Part shown: piece by piece, positions 56,929-64,000 of the stretch
Position numbering within the stretch: position 1 is the stretch's first letter
Layout: each line of letters opens with the position of its first letter
Virus record (IMG/VR): IMGVR_UViG_3300009183_008543
Location: 64,001 to 128,000 of that record
DNA length: 64,000 nucleotides
Direction: 5' to 3' (one strand)
From: a virus
The notes under the pieces: model-generated
Database searches by the model: none
What the model was told of the DNA's origin: nothing
The model's input: only the letters and a program-made list of their open reading frames with translations
Position numbers and translations under genes: made by a program

Positions 56929-57720
56929 CTACTTTCTTAGGTTAGGCACATTATCAGCAACTGCTCCGCCCCAATAAAGGTTGCCATGTTCCCTTTGTTT
57001 TTGGGTTTCAGAAAAATTCAACTCACTATCCGCCAAAAGATTCACATTGCCGGGAACAAAAAACTTATCGCTTATTTTTATTTCCCGATTAGTGTCATCA
57101 ATAATTGTAAGTATCTCGCCATGTATAGAACCAGTCTTTCCATAAACTGCATACTTTTTATCCACCGTAAGTCTATATCCCTTGTTCCTTACTTCGGTAA
57201 TCATTTGTGGTTCTGGGAAAAACACCACATTGTCTACAATTCTTTTTCCTGACTGCCCACTTGCAGTTAATTCTTTTTTTGAATTTGCCAATTGTTCGTG
57301 GGGATAAAGAGTATTCTGCCCCTGCAATGGAACTACTGCGGTGCTTTTCTCTGGCTCTACTTCTTGTGTTATAAAATTTCCAGAAGTCTGATCAAATAAG
57401 AATTTTTTGTTCTTTATGACCACACCATTATCAGCTTCTCTAAAAGTAATTTTCTTTTTAGCGAGTTCAAATATTTCAACGCCAATAACAAAAATATCTC
57501 TTCTTGCCAATTGACCCATGACACTACTCGCCAATGTTTCTAGAGAAACATCTTCAAATGGATCTCCGACCTTTTTCTTTAAGGTTTTTGTTTCTTCTTT
57601 GTTGTAATTCCCATCCTGTTTTTCATGATAGGAATAAATAATTTCGTAGCCCACACGCACCCCCAGTGAACTAAATAAGTAACTACTTAAACAAAATACC
57701 AGTTCCATATCTTGTTTCAA
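56929..57720 (-). CDS. Hypothetical protein (true start probably a GTG near 57654-57660)
   Basis: Long ORF; the called 5' end overlaps the upstream gene. Confidence 0.65.
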   Translation of the reverse strand: MKQDMELVFCLSSYLFSSLGVRVGYEIIYSYHEKQDGNYNKEETKTLKKKVGDPFEDVSLETLASSVMGQLARRDIFVIGVEIFELAKKKITFREADNGVVIKNKKFLFDQTSGNFITQEVEPEKSTAVVPLQGQNTLYPHEQLANSKKELTASGQSGKRIVDNVVFFPEPQMITEVRNKGYRLTVDKKYAVYGKTGSIHGEILTIIDDTNREIKISDKFFVPGNVNLLADSELNFSETQKQREHGNLYWGGAVADNVPNLRK

Positions 57721-58309
57721 AAAAATTTGGCTTTACACCAACACTATCAGCAAAAGCCAAATACGCTTGTTTCACAGGTTTTAGATCCAAAGCATTGTCA
57801 ATAATAATACAGCCATCATCTGATAAATATTCCCATGATACTTCAAGCATATAGAGAATATAATCATAATTTTTTTCTTCATTTATAAAAATTGCATCCC
57901 ATTTTCTCTTCCCGATTCTATCGTGAAAATCATCATTTTTCATATCGCCTGTGAAAAAATCAAAATCTTTTTTGTAAGATTTTCTAATATTGTAAAAGCC
58001 CATACGATTAGAAAAGTAAACATTTTTATCAGTTTGATGGAAAGCAAGAAAATACTCTGTTTCTAAACAAGACATAAAAAAACACTTCTCTAATAATCCT
58101 AAATTGAAACTCAAAGATAATACACTCTTTGGCTTTATAAATTTACCTAAATGGTAATAAAAAGGAACATAAAGCGGGTCGCTATATGAAGGACTTCTTC
58201 TAGAATTTTCATCAATTAATTTGCAATCTTGAAGGAGTATCTTGCCGTTTACAAGTTTCTTTCTCAATAACTCTTTAATTTCTTTTTGAATGATATCAAA
58301 ATTAGGCAT
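57683..58309 (-). CDS. Class I SAM methyltransferase-like protein with degenerate motif I
   Basis: IKPKSVLSLSFNLG, WDAIFIN, LSDDGCIIIDN. Confidence 0.55.
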   Translation of the reverse strand: MPNFDIIQKEIKELLRKKLVNGKILLQDCKLIDENSRRSPSYSDPLYVPFYYHLGKFIKPKSVLSLSFNLGLLEKCFFMSCLETEYFLAFHQTDKNVYFSNRMGFYNIRKSYKKDFDFFTGDMKNDDFHDRIGKRKWDAIFINEEKNYDYILYMLEVSWEYLSDDGCIIIDNALDLKPVKQAYLAFADSVGVKPNFFETRYGTGILFK

Positions 58310-58340
58310 ATAATATTATAGCTTTAACTACGGATATATT

Positions 58341-59453
58341 ATGTACGACTTTATTATTGTTGGATCAGGATTTTTTGGATCAACATTTGCAAGGCGAGTT
58401 ACCGACCTTGGAAAAAAATGTTTAGTTCTAGATAAAAAGCCACACATTGCAGGGGCAGCACACGATATGCCTCAAGATGATTACTATGTTTCATCTTATG
58501 GCGCACATGTATTTCACACACACAGCGAAGAGGTTTGGGAATTTGCCAATAACTTTTCTGAATTTATTCCATTTATAAATAGACCAAAAGTTCTATCGAA
58601 TGAAAAAATATATTCATTTCCAATAAATTTGATGACACTTCAACAACTTTGGGGAATAAAAACTCCAGCTGAAGCAAAAAAAATATTAGAAGAAAAAAAA
58701 ATTCCATGCGAAAATCCAAGTAATTTTGAAGAATGGGCATTATCCATGGTTGGAGAAGAAATATATAAAAAATTCTTCTATGGATATACAAAAAAACAAT
58801 ATATGCGAGAACCAAAAGAACTTCCAACATCAATAATTCAAAGACTTCCTATTCGACTTACATATGACGAAAATTATTTTACTACGAAATTTCAAGGGAT
58901 TCCAAAAAATGGATATACAAATCTAATTTATAATATGCTTGATGGTATTGATGTTGAGGTTGGTGTAGATTTTATAAAACAAAAAGACAAACTAATGCGT
59001 CTCGCAAAACAGATTGTCTATACAGGTCGAATAGATGAATTTTTTGATTTTGAATTTGGGAAACTTGAATACAACACCATGAAATTTGAGAAAAAAGAAT
59101 TTATTGGAGATCAACAAGGAAATGCAGTTATAAATCATGTTGATGAATCGGTTCGATATCTTCGAAGCATAGAGCATCGTCATTTCTACAAACACGGAGA
59201 GTCTATCAAACATTATGCTGGTAAAAAAGAAGATTTCACTAGCGTAATAACCTACGACATTCCAGCAACATATGAAGAAAATCCAGACCCATTATACCCA
59301 ATTAGAAATAAAATAAATTCTGAAATTTATCAAAAATATTCATCAATCAAACCAAGTAATGTAACATTTGGCGGAAGATTGGGAGAATATAAATATTTGG
59401 ACATGGATCAAAGTATGGCTTCTGCTCTTCAAAAGGCTAAATCCTTTGAATGA
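58341..59453 (+). CDS. glf: UDP-galactopyranose mutase
   Basis: IVGSGFFG, YGAHVFHT, YGYTKKQ, RLPIR, FQGIP, GRLGEYKYLDMDQ. Confidence 0.96.
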   Translation: MYDFIIVGSGFFGSTFARRVTDLGKKCLVLDKKPHIAGAAHDMPQDDYYVSSYGAHVFHTHSEEVWEFANNFSEFIPFINRPKVLSNEKIYSFPINLMTLQQLWGIKTPAEAKKILEEKKIPCENPSNFEEWALSMVGEEIYKKFFYGYTKKQYMREPKELPTSIIQRLPIRLTYDENYFTTKFQGIPKNGYTNLIYNMLDGIDVEVGVDFIKQKDKLMRLAKQIVYTGRIDEFFDFEFGKLEYNTMKFEKKEFIGDQQGNAVINHVDESVRYLRSIEHRHFYKHGESIKHYAGKKEDFTSVITYDIPATYEENPDPLYPIRNKINSEIYQKYSSIKPSNVTFGGRLGEYKYLDMDQSMASALQKAKSFE

Positions 59454-59455
59454 AA

Positions 59456-59908
59456 TTATTCATGATCATATAGACACAACTCAACACCAGCCTCTTTGAA
59501 CATTGTTCTGGAAATGTCACAGGAATCTTTCCATCTTTTTGCCAATTCTTCTGATAAGTTTGGTGCTATGCATCTTTTAATTCCACTTTGAATGATTAGA
59601 GAGGCACAACCAGAACATGGCATGAATGGATATGTAACTATAGAACATCCATTCAAATTCCTTTGGGCAAATAAAATAGCATTAGCCTCTGCGTGGACTA
59701 CCATTTTATACTTTATATCTCGATCATCATATCTTTGAGGATCATCACAAACACCTTTTGGAAATCCATTGTAACCTATAGAGACTATTCTTTTGTCGGA
59801 ATCAAAAATAACAGCACCAACTTTGGTTGATGGATCTTTGCTCCAAAGAGAAATGTGTTTAGCTAAATCTAAAAATCTAATATCCCAAATCATTAAATTC
59901 CTTCGCAA
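59456..59908 (-). CDS. dCMP deaminase
   Basis: SKDPSTKVGA, GYNGFP, HAEANA, PCSGC. Confidence 0.95.
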   Translation of the reverse strand: MRRNLMIWDIRFLDLAKHISLWSKDPSTKVGAVIFDSDKRIVSIGYNGFPKGVCDDPQRYDDRDIKYKMVVHAEANAILFAQRNLNGCSIVTYPFMPCSGCASLIIQSGIKRCIAPNLSEELAKRWKDSCDISRTMFKEAGVELCLYDHE

Positions 59909-60435
59909 TCTTCAGCATCATAAGCCATTAAATTACTTGCAAATTCGTCTTGTGGCTGGCAATAATTCGTCTTATACAAAAAATGATACGCATCAAAGAT
60001 TCCCTCGTCATCTCTAAAAAAATCTTTTTCTATAGATACAGCTTTAAATCCCATGCTCTTGAAAAAAAGATGGGCATGAAATCTTTCTTCAGAAATATAG
60101 GAATTTATATAATTTCGTTTATCTTTTTCTTCTGGATTGCAAGATTCTGATCCTAGTTTGTCAATCAATTGATCTACCATCGCTCTGGCATAACCACGCC
60201 TACGATAATTTGGATTTATTGCTATATTGATAATATAAAATCCTTTAGGCATCAGTTCGTACAAAATAAAGCCAACTATATTATTATCAACTATAATTAC
60301 CTTTCCAATGTTGCCCCTATTTTTCAAACAATCCAAGAAATCTTTATGACACCAAGGTTGAGAAAAAGAATCTTTTTCAATTTTTACAACCAAATCAATA
60401 TCATCTTTTATCATCCAACGAATATTATATTTCAT
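59893..60435 (-). CDS. rimI: RimI-like GNAT N-acetyltransferase
   Basis: IRWM, IEKDSFSQPW, NIAINPNYRRRGYA, AHLFFKSMGF. Confidence 0.8.
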   Translation of the reverse strand: MKYNIRWMIKDDIDLVVKIEKDSFSQPWCHKDFLDCLKNRGNIGKVIIVDNNIVGFILYELMPKGFYIINIAINPNYRRRGYARAMVDQLIDKLGSESCNPEEKDKRNYINSYISEERFHAHLFFKSMGFKAVSIEKDFFRDDEGIFDAYHFLYKTNYCQPQDEFASNLMAYDAEDCEGI

Positions 60436-60441
60436 CTACAT

Positions 60442-60933
60442 TCACCGTTTTAAAATGTCTTCAGCATTGCACAATCCATCACTTCCATCTCTCCCTTCGT
60501 ATATGTCCTTATTTAATTTGTCCAACTCCTTACGCAAAGTATGTCCACGATTTTGTGCATTGTCATGATTTTTATCCCAAGCTTTTAAATACATTTTCAA
60601 AAATCCAACCGCAGATTTTCTTTCTATGACTTTTCCGAACAACTCAACACATTCCTGATTGCATTGAGATTTAGCCTTGCAATAAGTGTCAGAGCCTCCT
60701 TGGTCTTTATTCGAAATGTATATTTCGTTATATTTAGTCTCATAGGCAAGTTCAGCTAGTGATAGCTCTTTGTTTGCCATTTCAAGTTGTTTTCCGTAAT
60801 AATCAATCCAAGCATATTCCTTATCCATATATTCGCTCAATGTAAATTCATTGAATTTCATATTATCTGGATCAAGAATTATTTCTTTATTATTTACAAT
60901 TACCTTAATCTTTTCGCTCGGTATTTCTGACAT
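60442..60933 (-). CDS. UvsY-like recombination mediator
   Basis: Helical protein with UvsY-type pattern next to the helicase gene; synteny-supported only. Confidence 0.5.
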   Translation of the reverse strand: MSEIPSEKIKVIVNNKEIILDPDNMKFNEFTLSEYMDKEYAWIDYYGKQLEMANKELSLAELAYETKYNEIYISNKDQGGSDTYCKAKSQCNQECVELFGKVIERKSAVGFLKMYLKAWDKNHDNAQNRGHTLRKELDKLNKDIYEGRDGSDGLCNAEDILKR

Positions 60934-60935
60934 GT

Positions 60936-62462
60936 TTATTCCTCTGCATCTATGACGCTATTTTTGGGTGATGTAACTTTCTTCTTCTTCTTATCAACAG
61001 AGTAAGTATCAAAAGCAATATCTTCGCTTCGTTGCATTTGAACCCTAGTGAGCCTTTCCTTGTAAGTTTCCACACTGATCTCGTAAATGTCCAAAGTTCC
61101 CATTGAAAAATCAAAAGCCATCTTGAATGGGAATCTTGATTTTCCATTTCTATGTTTTATAACAAATCCACGACCAACCTCTGCATCTTTTTCAATCGTT
61201 TGTTGATTGATCGACCAAAATCCATCCAAAGGTTTGAACTGGTCGAATGATGTTCCAATATTTGATTCATCAATATATTGCGATATTTCTAACTTTGCGG
61301 CAGTTTGATTTGGTTGCACACAAGTTAATGTGCAATGTTGTTTCTCGACACCAAATCCACGCAAATCTCTCAATATTCTATAAGCAGATTCATACTTTTT
61401 TACAGTTGGATCATCTTTCATTTCACCAACATAATCTATAATAACCAATGCTGGTTTCCATCCCATTGCCTCTAATCGTGAACAATATCCACGAATGCCA
61501 TTCACATCTATAGAACCACCCGGAAATTGCTTTAATATAAAAAGATTTTGATCATCTTTGTCTTTTCCAAATTCAGCAATAGTCTTCTTTATCTGTTCTT
61601 TTGATTCTCTTAAAAGATTAATATCTATCTTTGCAAATTGACTTGTAAATCTCTGAGCAATCCCAACTTCATCCATTTCTAATGTTATGTACAAAACTTT
61701 ATGACCAAGAAGAACATTTGCAACAGCAGCCTTTACTAGTGCCAAACTTTTTCCAGTTCCCGGCAAACCAATCCAAGCTGCAATCTGTCCGGGAAATAAA
61801 CCACCATTCGTCAAGGCATCATCGATGGAAGGAAAACCACTAGTGAATCTTTCCTTGCCTTGAAATTGATCTTCCATTCTTCTGAACATCTCTTCGATAT
61901 TCAAAAAATACTCTAATCCCGGTTCGTAGTCCGTATCCACACTCATAGACTCACGCATTTTTTCATAAACATAAGACCATGTTTTTTCGTCTTCTGGTGC
62001 TTCCGACATCTTTTGCAAACATTCATGAAATGCTACTTTAATTGCTTGCACCCTTGCAAAATATGTAACTCTTTCCAAAAGATATTCACGAGTATCAATG
62101 CCGGGAACATAGTAGTCATATAAGGCTTCAAGTTCAGAAATATAATACAATTGAACTGAATTATCTTTTTCTTTAAGGTGATTTAAAAGCTCTTGCTTCA
62201 AAACAGCCATGTGAGGAGAAATTCTTTTTTCTTGAAAATAATTGAATAATATTTTTGTAATAGTGACATGAACTTCATTGCTGAAATAATGGGGCTTTAA
62301 TTTGTCTATGCTTTGAATGAGCATAGTCTGATCCATCAACAACATTCCAAGAATTCTTCTTTGAAATGTATCATCCCATGCAAAATTTGTTTTTATACTA
62401 TCTGGATCAGAGAAAGAATCGAATTTGGATTGTTCTTCTGGTGTCAACTCTCGCATGTACAT
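60936..62462 (-). CDS. Replicative helicase, T4 gp41/DnaB family
   Basis: TSGFPSID, GLPGTGKS, YITLEM, LVIIDY, QPNQ, KHRNG. Confidence 0.93.
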   Translation of the reverse strand: MYMRELTPEEQSKFDSFSDPDSIKTNFAWDDTFQRRILGMLLMDQTMLIQSIDKLKPHYFSNEVHVTITKILFNYFQEKRISPHMAVLKQELLNHLKEKDNSVQLYYISELEALYDYYVPGIDTREYLLERVTYFARVQAIKVAFHECLQKMSEAPEDEKTWSYVYEKMRESMSVDTDYEPGLEYFLNIEEMFRRMEDQFQGKERFTSGFPSIDDALTNGGLFPGQIAAWIGLPGTGKSLALVKAAVANVLLGHKVLYITLEMDEVGIAQRFTSQFAKIDINLLRESKEQIKKTIAEFGKDKDDQNLFILKQFPGGSIDVNGIRGYCSRLEAMGWKPALVIIDYVGEMKDDPTVKKYESAYRILRDLRGFGVEKQHCTLTCVQPNQTAAKLEISQYIDESNIGTSFDQFKPLDGFWSINQQTIEKDAEVGRGFVIKHRNGKSRFPFKMAFDFSMGTLDIYEISVETYKERLTRVQMQRSEDIAFDTYSVDKKKKKVTSPKNSVIDAEE

Positions 62463-62504
62463 CTCCGTTTTTATTTGATTCCAGAGATTACCAAATTTTA
62501 CAAT

Positions 62505-63353
62505 TTAAGTAAAGGTGCTTTTTGGTTTTAAAAGCGATAGTTTCATCTTCTTTTGCGGAGAAGATGTTCCTTCAATCAAATCCTTGAATCTAAAATAACC
62601 ATCCATCCAATTTTGCGTCAAAGTGTGATAAATCAGACAATCTCCATAATAATTGTTTGTCTGCACATCTTGCTTTGTAAAATATTTGTATTTTAAATTT
62701 TTATCAAGCACGAAAATCGAACAAGCAAGTTCTTCCCTTCCTTGTGGCGGTTCATTCTTATCAGAAGTAACTTGGTGCAACCAATCACCCAATTCATGCG
62801 TTCTATCTTTGAGTGCAAGGCATAAATCAAAAACCTTTGTTGCATATTCTTTCAACAAACCTTTATTCCACAAAACCACACCACTATTGAATGGTCGCAT
62901 AGTCGTAGATTTATAGGTCATAGAATATCTTTCACCAAAACAATTCTTATCAGCAACAAAATCATACTCATCAAGCAAATTGAAAAGATGTGATATATCA
63001 CCAAAGATAAAAGTGTCGGCATCCAACAACAATGTTTTTTCTTCAGATGCATTAACTAAAAACTTTCGTTGTGCGGAACAATAACCTTTCTCCTGACCCA
63101 TCTGAATGTCGTCTATTACTTTAACATTTACATTCAAACGATTACACAACTCCATAAATTCATTTGTGGTGATCTGTGGGATTTTAGCGGCACATTGAAG
63201 CAGTCCGCCAACATTACGATTATTTTCGTTATTATCTTTGATGTAAAAAACATCGACTGGAATAGAAGGATTATGCTTACGCAAGGTTATTAGGCTGCAC
63301 CTTGCCATAGAAAGATAAAACCAGAATTCATTTACAATATAAACTATTCGCAT
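62505..63353 (-). CDS. GT8-like nucleotide-sugar transferase
   Basis: SLITLRKHNP, LLLDADTF, FNSGVVLW. Confidence 0.8.
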   Translation of the reverse strand: MRIVYIVNEFWFYLSMARCSLITLRKHNPSIPVDVFYIKDNNENNRNVGGLLQCAAKIPQITTNEFMELCNRLNVNVKVIDDIQMGQEKGYCSAQRKFLVNASEEKTLLLDADTFIFGDISHLFNLLDEYDFVADKNCFGERYSMTYKSTTMRPFNSGVVLWNKGLLKEYATKVFDLCLALKDRTHELGDWLHQVTSDKNEPPQGREELACSIFVLDKNLKYKYFTKQDVQTNNYYGDCLIYHTLTQNWMDGYFRFKDLIEGTSSPQKKMKLSLLKPKSTFT

Positions 63354-63366
63354 GTTTTTATATTAT

Positions 63367-63438
63367 GGAGTGGGGGGTTACAAAACTGGGCTTTGGAATT
63401 ATTATATATATTATCCCGGCAACCTAATACCCCACTCC
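63367..63438 (-). promoter_or_regulatory. Extended GC-rich stem-loop with AT-rich ATATATA loop
   Basis: GGAGTGGGG/CCCCACTCC, GGTTGC/GTAACC and GGG/CCC stacked stems. Confidence 0.55.
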
Positions 63439-63453
63439 GTTGATTTATAATAG

Positions 63454-64000
63454 CTATTCGCCATTTAAATAATCATATTCAGAAAGAGAAACCTGACCCG
63501 ATCTTATTGATTTCTCTCTTGTTATTTTTTTGCCCATACTTTTTTGCCCATTCCAAACAATTGCTTTGCAGTATGTGGAAAATTTTGTGTCTATTTTCAA
63601 TCGTTCATTTCTATCTGGTCTAACTTTCTTTGGAACTACAGACTTCACAATCAAATCAAGCATGCGTTCCTGCTTGTATCCAAACTTCTGTCTGTTCGCA
63701 CCATGCCTAGTTCTATTGCTCCACAAATCTTGAAGCTTAACTATTATCTTCTTCATGAAGCCATCAATATTGTGCTGATCTACAGAAGCCAAACACTTCT
63801 CAATATATATCTGTCTTTTATAATAAGATCCAGCACGAATGATTGACAATTGCAATTCTTGATTTATATCTTCAAAATCATCAGTGTAATTATTTTTTGA
63901 GTTTTTCTTTTGCAATTGATGTGCTGCGTAATAACAAAGCTTTCCAAAGCACTTAGTGAGATGATCATATTCCAATTGAGTTATCGGAAACGATTGGCAA
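63454..64000 (-). CDS. Sigma-factor-like protein, region 2 only (gp55-like); frame open to the window edge
   Basis: EDINQELQLSIIRAGSYY (2.2-like) and KFSTYCKAIVWN (2.3/2.4-like); no region 4. Confidence 0.55.
   Translation of the reverse strand, partial: CQSFPITQLEYDHLTKCFGKLCYYAAHQLQKKNSKNNYTDDFEDINQELQLSIIRAGSYYKRQIYIEKCLASVDQHNIDGFMKKIIVKLQDLWSNRTRHGANRQKFGYKQERMLDLIVKSVVPKKVRPDRNERLKIDTKFSTYCKAIVWNGQKSMGKKITREKSIRSGQVSLSEYDYLNGE

Noticed and set aside
1-64000. Bacterial chromosome origin
   Set aside because: Host-like genes are isolated from their usual operons and interleaved with gp32, gp41, UvsX, UvsY, gp1 and gp4-like genes and many small unknown ORFs. No capsid or terminase gene is in the window, so the phage call remains an inference.

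Overview
This AT-rich, gene-dense, mostly minus-strand window is best read as part of a large (huge/jumbo) T4-like tailed phage genome in the standard genetic code. It carries a T4-type replication/recombination block: gp41-like helicase, UvsY, gp32-like SSB, UvsX/RecA, dNMP kinase, ThyX, dCMP deaminase, a truncated gp55-like sigma and a TnsA/gp4-like nuclease. The replicase is a family-C DnaE split into two genes about 13 kb apart. Host-like genes include DnaJ, GroES, IF3, peptide deformylase, bS21, RimI, a full prkA-yeaH-spoVR operon, HldE, Glf and about six glycosyltransferases. The top observation is the 5' end of the DnaE PHP-domain gene. A 14-codon mini-ORF (MKVEIVGFEHLHLH-TAG) is separated from the rest of the gene (SDFSVLDG...) by a 7-nt out-of-frame gap. 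The gap lies inside a near-perfect 23-bp hairpin, 20 nt downstream of a free-standing HNH endonuclease gene. This layout resembles the T4 mobA/gene 60 translational-bypass cassette. Other highlights are a 2654-aa Cys-rich repeat protein with neighbouring modifying enzymes and CxxC/CxC proteins, a candidate ~200-nt structured ncRNA, late-promoter/RBS-sequestering hairpins on both HNH genes, and a family of proteins with capsid-targeting-like N-termini. All calls come from motif reading by eye; no searches or folding programs were run. No tRNA, rRNA or CRISPR array was recognised.
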